Below, piece by piece: positions 39,708 through 49,995 of a stretch of 64,000 nt of DNA (positions are counted from its first letter, which is position 1; the number at the start of each line of letters is the position of its first letter). The DNA is from Opitutales bacterium (GTDB lineage Bacteria; Verrucomicrobiota; Verrucomicrobiia; Opitutales; PNEW01): contig CBDANS010000005.1 in the NCBI GenBank assembly GCA_965197745.1, positions 64,001-128,000 on the forward strand. The letters are read 5' to 3'. The notes under the pieces were generated by a model. That model worked only from the letters and a program-made list of their open reading frames with translations. It ran no database searches and was not told the DNA's origin. Both the position numbers and the translations under genes were made by a program.

Positions 39708-40493
39708 TCAGGTGTCTTTCTGAACGATGGATTCATGCCAATGGCGAAGGAGATACCAGCTTAAAATTAATACGAGCGAGACAAAAACAAATCCTAAACC
39801 ACAGGCGACAATTGCGGTGGCAAAGAGTTCGGGGATCTTTAACTGGGAATTGTAAACAACTACCATAAAACCAAGCCCCCCTGTTCCTGAGGCGCTGCCG
39901 GCAAATATTTCACCGGTGAGCGCGCCGATAACAGCGAGGGTAGCTGCAATTTTTAATCCCGTCAAATAGTAGGGGAGGGCAAAAGGGACTCGCAGGAGAA
40001 ACATCTCGTGCCACTTAGTGGCACGATACATCGTAAACAGGTCAACCATGTATCTATCCGTAGAGATGAGCCCCTGCGTCGTATTTGCGACAATGGGAAA
40101 AAAACTGATCATAAACGTGATGATCGCTACACTGGGTAATCCAGGACCCAACCATAGGACAAAGATAGGGACCATAACAATGACAGGTATCATTTGGATG
40201 AACAATACCCAGGGGTAAAGCGATGCTTTGATCCATGGTGAGGATGAAAGGATAAGAGCAAGAGTGAAACCAATCACGGCAGCGGAAAGAAAGCCTATTA
40301 CGGCTCCGACAATGGTTTCCTTCGCCGCATTCAAAAGCGTATATTTTTCCGCATACCCGGCCTCAATAATTTCAGCGGGACTGGGTAACAAATAGTGGGG
40401 AAGATCATTAGCCCATTTGATCGCATACCAGATACCGATTACAATGATACCGGTAATGACAGGGAGTGCCCACTTTAATTGGTTAGTCATCAT
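39708..40493 (-). CDS. ABC transporter permease (NitT/TauT family)
   Basis: LPSP, FFPIVANT, LR.PFALPY...GLK, multiple TMs. Confidence 0.9.
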   Translation of the reverse strand: MMTNQLKWALPVITGIIVIGIWYAIKWANDLPHYLLPSPAEIIEAGYAEKYTLLNAAKETIVGAVIGFLSAAVIGFTLALILSSSPWIKASLYPWVLFIQMIPVIVMVPIFVLWLGPGLPSVAIITFMISFFPIVANTTQGLISTDRYMVDLFTMYRATKWHEMFLLRVPFALPYYLTGLKIAATLAVIGALTGEIFAGSASGTGGLGFMVVVYNSQLKIPELFATAIVACGLGFVFVSLVLILSWYLLRHWHESIVQKDT

Positions 40494-41258
40494 TTATCTC
40501 TCTACGGATCTGAGCTGGTGTGAAACTTCGGCGACCTTTTTTTGATAAGCCATGGATTCTCTAAGTTCCGGTTCTCGTGGATAGGGGAAATCAATGTCGA
40601 TGATTTCATTGATACGACCGGGATTTGCGGACAGTATGACGATTCGAGTTGAGAGAAATACCGCTTCAGGCACCGAGTGCGTTACGAATAGAGCTGTCCA
40701 CTCATCCTGAGCGCGTATGGACAATAGATCTTCGTTTAAATGATCCCGGGTCATTTCATCGAGAGCGCCAAAAGGTTCATCGAGCAGTATTATCTTTGGT
40801 GATAGGGTCAGCGCGCGGGCGATGGATACACGCATTTTCATTCCGCCCGATAACTGCCTTGGGTAGTAAGTCCTTACTGGGGAGAGGCCAACGAAGTCGA
40901 TCATACGGTTGGCGACCTCCTCTCTTCTTTGCTTATTCCATTTACTCAGCCGTAACGGTATATGTATATTATTAATTACCGTCAGCCAGGGTAAAAGCGT
41001 GGCCTCTTGAAAAATAAAAGCCATTTGGTCTCTCGCTTCATCCAGGGTCATACCCTCAGCCAAAAGTGTGCCTTCAGAAATCGGACTTAAGCCCGCGACC
41101 AACCTTAGTAGAGTTGACTTACCACAACCACTGGGGCCGATGAAGCTGACAAAATCTCCGCGAGATATATCCAGGTCGATATTTTCGAGAACAAACGCTC
41201 CGTTTCCAAAGCTTTTGTGGACATTTTTAAATGACAACAAAACTGAATCTTTTATCAT
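40494..41258 (-). CDS. ABC transporter ATP-binding protein (NitT/TauT family)
   Basis: GPSGCGKS, FQEATLLPW, LSGGMKMR, DEPFGALD, VTHS. Confidence 0.93.
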   Translation of the reverse strand: MIKDSVLLSFKNVHKSFGNGAFVLENIDLDISRGDFVSFIGPSGCGKSTLLRLVAGLSPISEGTLLAEGMTLDEARDQMAFIFQEATLLPWLTVINNIHIPLRLSKWNKQRREEVANRMIDFVGLSPVRTYYPRQLSGGMKMRVSIARALTLSPKIILLDEPFGALDEMTRDHLNEDLLSIRAQDEWTALFVTHSVPEAVFLSTRIVILSANPGRINEIIDIDFPYPREPELRESMAYQKKVAEVSHQLRSVER

Positions 41259-41459
41259 CGCTGTCTTGAGAGGGTGTAAATAAATACCGGTGTTATGTTA
41301 GGGGACAAGAAATAACGGTTTAATGATAGCGATAAGAAACCTGTCAATGATTGTGTTAAATGACACATTAGTATAGAAAAATTATACGATAAGTGGGTAG
41401 CCTTATATGAGATCAAAAATAACTTGTCACCCAGAAGATAACATTTAGAACCAAAAACT

Positions 41460-42416
41460 ATGAATATCGTTGTATTAGATGGATTTACCATGCATCTAGG
41501 TTCCGCACACTGGGACAAGCTTAAGGAGCTGGGAACACTGACCTTATATGACCGGACAGAGGATCAGGACCTTATTGAACGCGCTAAAGATGCCGATGTT
41601 ATCCTTACGAGCAAAGTTCCTATCAGCGCTGAAACGATCAAGCAATTACCCAAGTTACGCTTTATTGCCGTCCTAGGTACGGGTTATAACACAGTCGATG
41701 TTGAAGCCGCCCGGAAACGGGATATCCCGGTATCGAACACCCCTATTTATGGAACGGATTCAGTCGCCCAACATGCGGCGTCCCTTATCCTTGAATTAAG
41801 CAACAATGTCGGGATACACAATCAGTCTGTCAAAAGTGGGGAATGGAGCAGCAACGAGGATTGGACCTACTGGAAGAAAGATGTTCTAGCCCTTACGGGA
41901 CTTACCCTGGGAATAGTTGGATACGGACGGATTGGTCGTAAGGTAGGCGAAATTGCCCATGCCCTGGGAATGAAAATCTGGGCTGCAGATATTTTTGAAA
42001 CGAATCCACCCGATTACGACGGTTTTGCCTGGAAAAGCATCGAAGAATTATTTGCCGGGGCCGATTTCATTACCCTGCATTGTAATTTAACCGATGAAAA
42101 TAATGAGTTTGTGAATGCGGCTCTGCTCAAAACGATGAAACCGACAGCATATATCATCAACACCGCACGCGGGCCTCTGATCAATGACCGGGCCCTCGCT
42201 GACGCACTACATGAAGGCATTATAGCAGGAGCCGGTGTCGATGTCGTTTCACAGGAACCCATCAGCAGCGACAATCCTCTTCTTAAGGTAGAAAACTGTA
42301 TCCTCACACCCCATATCGCATGGAGCAGCAATTTATCCCGCGAACTTTTATTAAATATTGCCGTTGATAATGTTCGCGCTTTTCTTGATGGTAAGCCAGA
42401 AAACGTAGTCAATTGA
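41460..42416 (+). CDS. D-2-hydroxyacid dehydrogenase (glycerate dehydrogenase / hydroxypyruvate reductase-like)
   Basis: IVVLDG, GYGRIG, INTARG, D...EP, TPHIAW. Confidence 0.9.
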   Translation: MNIVVLDGFTMHLGSAHWDKLKELGTLTLYDRTEDQDLIERAKDADVILTSKVPISAETIKQLPKLRFIAVLGTGYNTVDVEAARKRDIPVSNTPIYGTDSVAQHAASLILELSNNVGIHNQSVKSGEWSSNEDWTYWKKDVLALTGLTLGIVGYGRIGRKVGEIAHALGMKIWAADIFETNPPDYDGFAWKSIEELFAGADFITLHCNLTDENNEFVNAALLKTMKPTAYIINTARGPLINDRALADALHEGIIAGAGVDVVSQEPISSDNPLLKVENCILTPHIAWSSNLSRELLLNIAVDNVRAFLDGKPENVVN

Positions 42417-42502
42417 TTGCATATTGAATAAGCTTATCTCTTCGGCGATAGCTTTTTAAAAAGTATGACTATTACTCATGTCCTGTGTGGGTGATAGAGA
42501 AA

Positions 42503-43540
42503 ATGATGAGATTTAATCTATGGCCTGTTGTTTTCGGATTTGCGGTATTTATTTGTATTCGAATCCCGTTAAGGGCTGAGATTCCCTTCCGTTGGCCGAC
42601 CCCTAATTCCGCGTTCGCGCGCGGGGAGAATCCTGAAACGTATGTTCAGCCCACTGAATCGGGAAAAACACGATCAGCTTTATTTGGCTGTGTCCGCAAT
42701 GAAGGCGAGCGATTTCACGAGGGGTTGGATCTTGCGCCTCTTAAACGTAATCGAAGGGGAGACCCTTCAGACCCGATTTTAGCAGCGTTGGATGGGCGAG
42801 TAGTTTATATAAATCGTAATCCCGGTCATAGTAATTACGGAATATATGTCGTCCTTGATCATCCGGATATTCAACCCGCTATTTATTCCCTTTATGCCCA
42901 TTTAAACAGTATAAATGCGAAACTTAAAATTGGATTCAACGTGGCGGGTGGAGATAAATTAGGAGTTATGGGTAATTCGGCGAGTGGTTACTCTATACCT
43001 CCCGATCGAACGCACCTTCATTTTGAAATGGGATTACGCCTGAGTGATAATTTTGATGAATGGTATGAGCAAAATGGTTTTCCCGATAAAAATGTCCACG
43101 GCAACTACAATGGTATGAATCTTATGGGATTTGATCCTCATGATTTTTACATGAAGGACAAAAGCGGAGAAATAAATAGTATTGAAAATTATATCAAAAC
43201 ATTACCTGTCGCTTATACTTTGAGAATAAGTTCAGCAAAGACACCTCATTTTATTAGCCACTATCCTGAGCTTTTGAGACGTCCGCTGTCTTCCGCTACG
43301 CTCACCGGATGGGATATTCAATTTACCTCGTGGGGTTTACCCATTAGTTGGATACCACGCTATGATAATCCCCATCCACGAGAAAATAAAGGTGAAATGG
43401 ACCTGGTCAGTTTCAATGCTGAACGCTTAAAAGAATATTCCTGTCGAGAGACTGTTGTTCTCACCGGTGAGGGGCCGGAAATCGGAAACGGCGCGCGGCG
43501 GACAATAGAGATTATTTTTGGATCGCGCTGGGATAAATGA
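42503..43540 (+). CDS. M23 family metallopeptidase
   Basis: Signal peptide; HEGLD, YAHL, HLHFE. Confidence 0.88.
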   Translation: MMRFNLWPVVFGFAVFICIRIPLRAEIPFRWPTPNSAFARGENPETYVQPTESGKTRSALFGCVRNEGERFHEGLDLAPLKRNRRGDPSDPILAALDGRVVYINRNPGHSNYGIYVVLDHPDIQPAIYSLYAHLNSINAKLKIGFNVAGGDKLGVMGNSASGYSIPPDRTHLHFEMGLRLSDNFDEWYEQNGFPDKNVHGNYNGMNLMGFDPHDFYMKDKSGEINSIENYIKTLPVAYTLRISSAKTPHFISHYPELLRRPLSSATLTGWDIQFTSWGLPISWIPRYDNPHPRENKGEMDLVSFNAERLKEYSCRETVVLTGEGPEIGNGARRTIEIIFGSRWDK

Positions 43541-43541
43541 A

Positions 43542-44528
43542 CTAACTCCAGTCGAGCATCCGCTTAATGGGCTTATACGCTGCGTTGAGAACCTTTTCAT
43601 CTAATTCGATTTTGGGTTCCAGGCTTAATAACGAATCGCGCACTTTCTCAATGGTATTCTTTTTCATGTAGCGGCACTCATTGCAAGCACAGCGATCGGT
43701 AGGGCCGGCGATAAATGTTTTATCAGGAACTTCACGTTGAAGCCGGTGAAGCATTCCTGTTTCCGTAGCAACAATGATCGTGTCAGCCGGATAATCCCTG
43801 GAAAATCCAATCATTTTTTCCGTGCTGCATACTTCGTCAGCCATATCGCGTACCATTGCCGTGCACTCCGGGTGAGCAACAACAGGGGCACCGGGAAATT
43901 GCTCTTTTATATTTTCCAGGGTGCGAACGGTAAACAATACATGGATATAGCAGCTCCCCGGCCACAATCGCATAGAACGACCGGTTTTTTTTGCGACCCA
44001 TTGCCCCAGGTTCTGATCGGGAACAAATAGAATTTCACGATCTTCGGGGACTTTACTAATAATTTTCACTGCATTTCCGCTGGTGCAAATGACATCGCTG
44101 AGCGCTTTAACTTCAGCTGAGCAATTAATATAAGCCACCACATATAAATGGGGGTTGGCCTCCTTGTATGCCCTTAATTTATCTGCAGGACAAGAGTCAG
44201 AGAGCGAGCATCCGGCTTCCAGATCGGGAAGAATAACGCGTTTACTCGGATTAACGATCTTTGCTGTTTCAGCCATAAAGTGAACACCGCAGAAAAGAAT
44301 AACATCGGCGTCAGCTTTTTCTGCTTTATACGATAATCCCAAAGAATCTCCGACAAAATCAGCAACCTGTTGTATGGGTTCAACCTGATAATTATGGGCG
44401 AGGATGATCGCATTGCGTTCACTTTTCAATTTAAGGATCTCTTCCTGGATGGGCGACAGGGAACCCTTATTCCTCCCCTCATCAGGCTGGAATATCATCG
44501 GTTCTATCACTGGCATCGTTGAAGACAT
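43542..44528 (-). CDS. nadA: Quinolinate synthase
   Basis: LAHNYQ, FCGVHFMAETAK, AGCSL, YINCS, AHPEC, C.YMK. Confidence 0.97.
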   Translation of the reverse strand: MSSTMPVIEPMIFQPDEGRNKGSLSPIQEEILKLKSERNAIILAHNYQVEPIQQVADFVGDSLGLSYKAEKADADVILFCGVHFMAETAKIVNPSKRVILPDLEAGCSLSDSCPADKLRAYKEANPHLYVVAYINCSAEVKALSDVICTSGNAVKIISKVPEDREILFVPDQNLGQWVAKKTGRSMRLWPGSCYIHVLFTVRTLENIKEQFPGAPVVAHPECTAMVRDMADEVCSTEKMIGFSRDYPADTIIVATETGMLHRLQREVPDKTFIAGPTDRCACNECRYMKKNTIEKVRDSLLSLEPKIELDEKVLNAAYKPIKRMLDWS

Positions 44529-44557
44529 GGCTATTTCCAGGCAAACTCAATCACCGT

Positions 44558-44920
44558 TCATGTTTTAATTTCATGCTCTTCCAGGAGCTTTTTAAACTTT
44601 TTGTAGTTATGCAGCCCGTTTAAATCCTGATCTTTCATCACCCATGCGAAGTCATTGTAGCCTTTTTGAACAGCATCGCGCAGGCTTTTAACAGCATCCG
44701 CTTTACGATCTAATAAGGCAAGACTGCAAGCAAGATTGTAGTGTGCCACGGCATTATCAGGTTGAAGCCGAACATTTTTACGGTCCATTTTTAATCCTTC
44801 ACGGAAACGACCGCCCCGTGTATAGAAATTACCAAGAATTTCAATGACATCGGTGTTTTTCGGATCGCGACGATAGACCCCTTCAAAAAAACCTATCTCA
44901 AAATCATAATTGTCAGCCAT
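44558..44920 (-). CDS. Small TPR-containing protein
   Basis: LG..YTRGG; HYNLACSLAL; D.DL..L TPR end motif. Confidence 0.75.
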   Translation of the reverse strand: MADNYDFEIGFFEGVYRRDPKNTDVIEILGNFYTRGGRFREGLKMDRKNVRLQPDNAVAHYNLACSLALLDRKADAVKSLRDAVQKGYNDFAWVMKDQDLNGLHNYKKFKKLLEEHEIKT

Positions 44921-44937
44921 TTCCAAATTTCAGGGTA

Positions 44938-45429
44938 TTAAGCCGTTTTTTCGTGCTGATTTTCACATGCATTAAACGATTTAATTTTTAAACAGCGTGC
45001 ATGTACCTGCAGACGTTGCATTTCGGGCTCAAGACCCAGTTTTTCCGATACGGTGTTGCCATACCATTCTAAAAAAGGGGCATCTATTTCAAATATTTTA
45101 TCACAGTCAAGGCACACCACCTGAGCTTGTTCGGTTTTCTGGCCCATTTTAGCCAGGTAAAATTTGTAGTCACGACCAACATCAATCTCTTTTACCAACC
45201 CGCTATCAGTCAATATAGGTAATGTTCGATAGACGGTAGCGCGGGATACAGAGCGATCTATGTCGCGAGAGGTGTCCAGCAATTCTTCCGCTGTAAAATG
45301 ATCCTCATGATTAAAAGCGGCGTCAAATATCGCCATGCGCTGGTTGGTAACGCGAAGGCTTTTCTTAGCGAGGAAATCCTTAAAGGTGGACCTCGACTTT
45401 TCAATCATTTCGGATTTATTAGGTTTCAA
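44938..45429 (-). CDS. Fur family transcriptional regulator with an atypical metal site
   Basis: [25 protein letters not shown]; usual His-rich motif replaced by TEQAQ. Confidence 0.85.
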   Translation of the reverse strand: MKPNKSEMIEKSRSTFKDFLAKKSLRVTNQRMAIFDAAFNHEDHFTAEELLDTSRDIDRSVSRATVYRTLPILTDSGLVKEIDVGRDYKFYLAKMGQKTEQAQVVCLDCDKIFEIDAPFLEWYGNTVSEKLGLEPEMQRLQVHARCLKIKSFNACENQHEKTA

Positions 45430-45584
45430 TAGAAGCGCTTATTAATAATGAGACTAAATAAACAATAAGCCATCCAAGATTGAGAGCAAGTAATAACCTG
45501 TAATAGAAAGAAGATTTAAACCCGGTAAAAGATGATAAAGAGGAGCGACGATTCAGGAATTAATTTTGGAAGATCAAAAATGAT

Positions 45585-47837
45585 ATGATAAAAAGGGATG
45601 GACGATCGGTGGCCGTTGCTCCGCTCACAGGGTACAACAAAGTACTGGGATACAAAGTGCCCGATAAGATGGTCGATCAGGTAGCGTTGGGATCCCTTGT
45701 GCGCGTTCCTCTGCTCCGACGCAAAGAGCTTGGTATTGTGAAAAAACTGGAAGCTCCTGGAGATTACCCCCTCAGTAAACTCAAGGAAATATCCAGTGTA
45801 ATATATCCGTTACCAGTGTTGACTTCGGATTTATTGGAACTCGCCGATTGGATCCAGGATTATTACGCGGCCTCAGCGGATACTGTATACGAAGCAATGA
45901 TTCCCTCGGTAGTTCGCAGTGGAAAAAGAGAGATGCGACGGCGTTACATAGGGCTTAGTAAGGAGATAGGCAAAGAAACCTTAGAATTACTAAAAAAGCA
46001 CGCCCCCAAACAGGCAGCGCTCTGCGAGCATCTCCGTATTAAGGTGAACCCACAACCGAAAGCGAAAGTTTTAAAACAACTGAAGATAGCGAGTTCCAGT
46101 TGTGATACTTTAATCAGAAAAGGGATAATCAAGGAGACAAGAAAACAAATAGTGCGCACCGCGTATGATGATGATCTTGCCCTGGGCGAACAGGTGTCGG
46201 CACAGAATTTCGTCCTCAATCCAGAGCAAGAAGCCGCGATTAAAGATATTGTTTCAAGGATTGAAGCGCATAAATTTCATGTAAGTCTACTTCATGGCGT
46301 AACGGGTTCAGGTAAGACCGAAGTCTATATTCAGGCATTAAAGCGCACCCTTAATCTCGGTGGCGGTGTGATTTTTCTTGTTCCAGAAGTTGCCTTAACA
46401 CCGCAGACGGTGGGCCGACTGCGTTCCCGTCTGGAAGAAGAGATCGGAGCGTCGACGGTGGTCTGGCATAGTCACCTTTCCGACGGGGAAAGACTCGATG
46501 CCTGGCACGCGCTAGCCAGTGGTGATGCCCGCGTCGTAGTCGGTGCACGATCTGCCATCTTTGCCCCCATAAATAATTTGCGTCTCATTATTGTGGACGA
46601 GGAACATGAACCGGCATACAAGCAGGATGATAAGCCACGTTACCACGGTCGCGATGTCGCGGTATACCGGGCAAAGATCAATAACGCAACCTGCCTCCTC
46701 GGTTCTGCCACCCCATCGCTTGAGTCTCTCTATAATGTCGATCAGGGAAAATACCGGCTTAACCTTCTGCCTGATCGTGTGGACGACCGGAAACTCCCTA
46801 TCATTCATGTTGTCGATATGAAACGTGAGCTCATTGGTGGCAAAGGATCTATGACCCTTTCCCATCTCCTCGCGGATAAGATGCGTGAACGATTTGAAAA
46901 AGGAGAGCAGACGATACTATTCATCAATCGTCGAGGGTATTCCAGAAGTATGCTTTGTCCCGAATGCGGGTATGTAGCTACATGCATGCACTGCAGTCTA
47001 CCCTTAATATATCACCGGACAGATCAGAGAATTCGCTGCCATCTGTGCGGCCATACAGAAGACGCTCCCCGAAGCTGCCCACAATGTCATTCAATAAAAA
47101 TACGCTGGCGTGGTCAGGGCACTCAGAAAGTAGAGGAAGCGGTGCAGTTATTGCTTTCACGCGCCCGCATCATGCGTATGGACACGGATACAATGCAGAA
47201 AAAAAATCTATTTCGGGAAATTCTAACAGATTTTCGCAGAGGAAAGATCGATGTCCTCGTGGGGACGCAGATGATTGCTAAAGGGCTGGATTTTCCGAAT
47301 GTGACGCTGGTGGGGTTAATCGATGCCGACCTTTCTCTTCATATCCCTGATTTTCGTGCCAGTGAAAGAACCTTCCAATTACTGGTACAGGTCGCGGGTC
47401 GATCCGGTCGTGGGGACCGTTCCGGCGAGGTAGTGGTGCAGAGTTTTCTCCCTCACAGCCAGCCTATTCAGTATGCGCGTCAATCAGATTTCGAGGGTTT
47501 TAATCTTGAAGAGCTGGAGCATCGGCGTGAGTTCCATTACCCTCCGTTCAGGCATCTCATTCATCACTCATTTCGGGGGACAAATCCGGAAAAGGTTGCT
47601 TTCTTTGCCGAGCATTGGGCAAGACTGGTGGAAAAGAAAATAACCCATGGAATAGAGATCAGGGGACCGGCGCCTTCACCAATTGAAAAAATAAAAAACC
47701 ATTATCGTTTTCAGGTCTGGTATTTCGTATCGAATGTTTCAAAAGTGGTTCCAGGTCTTCTCGCATTGCGCCGTGATTTTAAAATGGATCCTGACGTGAT
47801 CGATGTTATCGATGTCGACCCCGTTCATTTAATATAG
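45585..47837 (+). CDS. priA: Primosomal protein N' (replication restart helicase)
   Basis: LHGVTGSGKTEVY, VDEEHE, four CxxC, GTQMIAKGLDF, QVAGRSGR. Confidence 0.97.
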   Translation: MIKRDGRSVAVAPLTGYNKVLGYKVPDKMVDQVALGSLVRVPLLRRKELGIVKKLEAPGDYPLSKLKEISSVIYPLPVLTSDLLELADWIQDYYAASADTVYEAMIPSVVRSGKREMRRRYIGLSKEIGKETLELLKKHAPKQAALCEHLRIKVNPQPKAKVLKQLKIASSSCDTLIRKGIIKETRKQIVRTAYDDDLALGEQVSAQNFVLNPEQEAAIKDIVSRIEAHKFHVSLLHGVTGSGKTEVYIQALKRTLNLGGGVIFLVPEVALTPQTVGRLRSRLEEEIGASTVVWHSHLSDGERLDAWHALASGDARVVVGARSAIFAPINNLRLIIVDEEHEPAYKQDDKPRYHGRDVAVYRAKINNATCLLGSATPSLESLYNVDQGKYRLNLLPDRVDDRKLPIIHVVDMKRELIGGKGSMTLSHLLADKMRERFEKGEQTILFINRRGYSRSMLCPECGYVATCMHCSLPLIYHRTDQRIRCHLCGHTEDAPRSCPQCHSIKIRWRGQGTQKVEEAVQLLLSRARIMRMDTDTMQKKNLFREILTDFRRGKIDVLVGTQMIAKGLDFPNVTLVGLIDADLSLHIPDFRASERTFQLLVQVAGRSGRGDRSGEVVVQSFLPHSQPIQYARQSDFEGFNLEELEHRREFHYPPFRHLIHHSFRGTNPEKVAFFAEHWARLVEKKITHGIEIRGPAPSPIEKIKNHYRFQVWYFVSNVSKVVPGLLALRRDFKMDPDVIDVIDVDPVHLI

Positions 47838-48026
47838 CTTTAGATCCTGTCACGAGAATGGAGAGAGCTGCTTGACGGCCCCGGCCCCGCCACCGCGAGG
47901 TGATGTCTGTTCCCCGGCACGCTTCTTATTTCTGAATTATTAGCTCGAATTTCACCGTAGCTGTGTTTTGCTGAGTGATATTTAATTAACAATATTTATA
48001 TTTAGCCTGATTAAATACTACTCTCG

Positions 48027-48443
48027 GTGAATGTAGAATCCATAAAGCGCTTTTTTCAAAGACAAGATTTTGGCCTTTTGACTATTCGTGTCTCGCTGGG
48101 GATTATCATGATGATCCATGGTGTTCCCAAATTTTTAGGAGGAACTGAGGTCCTGGAAAAAGTGGGATCTGCAATGACTTATCTGGGCATCGATTTCGCT
48201 CCTGTATTTTGGGGATTTATGGCAGCCTTTTCGGAAGTTCTAGGGGGCTCGCTTTTGATTATAGGTTTTCTCTTTCGACCATCCTGCTTTTTTCTCGGGT
48301 TCACGATGGCTGTTGCCACCTTGCTGAATTTTTCTATCGGCAGTGATTTTGGCAGCATCACCTCCCATCCATTAAGCATGGCGTTCCTCTTTTTCAGTCT
48401 GATGTTCATCGGTCCCGGCAAATACAGCGTGCAGAAAGAATGA
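48027..48443 (+). CDS. DoxX family membrane protein
   Basis: GLL.IR..LG...IHG.PK, E..GG, GPGKYS. Confidence 0.88.
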   Translation: MNVESIKRFFQRQDFGLLTIRVSLGIIMMIHGVPKFLGGTEVLEKVGSAMTYLGIDFAPVFWGFMAAFSEVLGGSLLIIGFLFRPSCFFLGFTMAVATLLNFSIGSDFGSITSHPLSMAFLFFSLMFIGPGKYSVQKE

Positions 48444-48629
48444 CAATTAGCTTCTGACCATGCTGAATCCATGCATGCTACGATAAAATTAGGGTAGAAT
48501 AATCTTCGTCCCAGGATGTTTTCGAGATAAAGAGAAAGGCAGGGACGAAGATCGATTACTTACCTCAGTCTAAGATCCGGTTGTGTTCGAACAACCAATC
48601 TTACTGACTCTGAAACGAACAACAATAGC

Positions 48630-49604
48630 TTACTCAATGATGCTGTTAATAAATTCAAAATACTGCGAGTAGTAACCGATTACTTTATAAGCAATAAATA
48701 TAGCCAGAATCAAAAAAAGTAATTTCGGATACCAGAAGCTAACCATCGCAAGTTGTTTATTGGCTTTATCCTGATATTGACGGGCAATGCGACCGAGGTT
48801 GGCATCCAATTTACCTGTTTGCTCTCCTCCTTGATAAAGGGCAATAAAATCACGCGGAAAGACATTGGATGTTTCGAGTGCGGCTCCAGGAAGCTTCCCC
48901 TTTTTTATTTCCTGAGTGATTTTTAAAGAATATCTGGTTAGAGCAGGATCGCCTGAGACCAGCCCGGAACCGTACCAGGCTTCGTCAATGGGAGCGCCCG
49001 CTTTAATAAACGCTTCAAGGGCGAAGGAGAAGTCAGCCAGAGATTGAGATTTTCGAAAGCCTCGCAGTCCGGGTATACAGCGCATGATCCCTTTAATAAA
49101 GGGGTTCCCTTTTTTAAGGAGAACGATAATCCCGGCCAAGACGATCCAGAAAGGCAGAATAATCGGGGTTAGGTTTGAAAGATATTGATCCAGGTGCAAG
49201 CTGGTACCCGAATCGGCATTGAATTCTACCATATCAAGAACGGGAAATAGAAACATGCCCAAATGAAGCACCGCGAGTGGGTAAATTGTGGCAATTACCG
49301 CTTTTGAAATATTTTCAGAAGCTTGAAGATGTTTTTCATTAAGTTTGTGCAACGTTTCCGGAAGCCGACCGCTCGATCCCGCAGCGGATATTAAATAACG
49401 GTCTGATTGCGGAAGCCATCGTGGGGATTTTTGGAGCATCCCATCGATAGAATTCCCAGCCGTCAATTCGCTGGCCATTTTGGATATGTCTTTTGAGGGA
49501 AGTCCTCCAGCCATCCTCATTGCTTCGGCGAGGGTTATACCCGCTTCCAGATTTTGTGCTACCTGGAGGTACCATGAAGCTAACTTTTTGTGTGATACTG
49601 CCAT
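48630..49604 (-). CDS. Type II secretion F / PilC family platform protein
   Basis: Two T2SSF repeats (AG..SGRL, GEQTGKLD), YP motifs before the TMs. Confidence 0.82.
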   Translation of the reverse strand: MAVSHKKLASWYLQVAQNLEAGITLAEAMRMAGGLPSKDISKMASELTAGNSIDGMLQKSPRWLPQSDRYLISAAGSSGRLPETLHKLNEKHLQASENISKAVIATIYPLAVLHLGMFLFPVLDMVEFNADSGTSLHLDQYLSNLTPIILPFWIVLAGIIVLLKKGNPFIKGIMRCIPGLRGFRKSQSLADFSFALEAFIKAGAPIDEAWYGSGLVSGDPALTRYSLKITQEIKKGKLPGAALETSNVFPRDFIALYQGGEQTGKLDANLGRIARQYQDKANKQLAMVSFWYPKLLFLILAIFIAYKVIGYYSQYFEFINSIIE

Positions 49605-49995
49605 CCTATTTTAGTCTATCAAAAAATGATTGCTCTACCTGTCGGCTAACCGCTTCATCTTTTTCGCACAATAAGAATCCAATTATATATTAATTAATTA
49701 AGCGACGGGGAGGAAGACAAAGTTTCTTGTGACCCACCTGATCTTAACACCCGACCAACCATTTCCAGCATTCTATTTTTTGTATTTCATAGGCTATTTA
49801 TTTAAGGCAAGCATATCCCGGTCTGATTGAGAGGCAAGATTCTTAAGCATATAAAAGTTTACTCAGCAGTTATGCTATAAGGATTGGTGGTGAAAAGTAT
49901 AATCATAAGTTTTAAGGATTATTTATTTTAGCTTTTGCCGTTTAGAGGCTCGACATGATCGACACCCTGAGATAAATTCACATTTTCCACAATTA

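Noticed and set aside
47855..47935. SRP RNA or glycine riboswitch
   Set aside because: No CAGG/GGAA/AGCAG helix-8 motif; GGAGAGA is not followed by GCCGAAGG or CTCTCAGG.
49690..49995. ZTP or purine riboswitch upstream of purQ
   Set aside because: No consensus motifs were recognisable.
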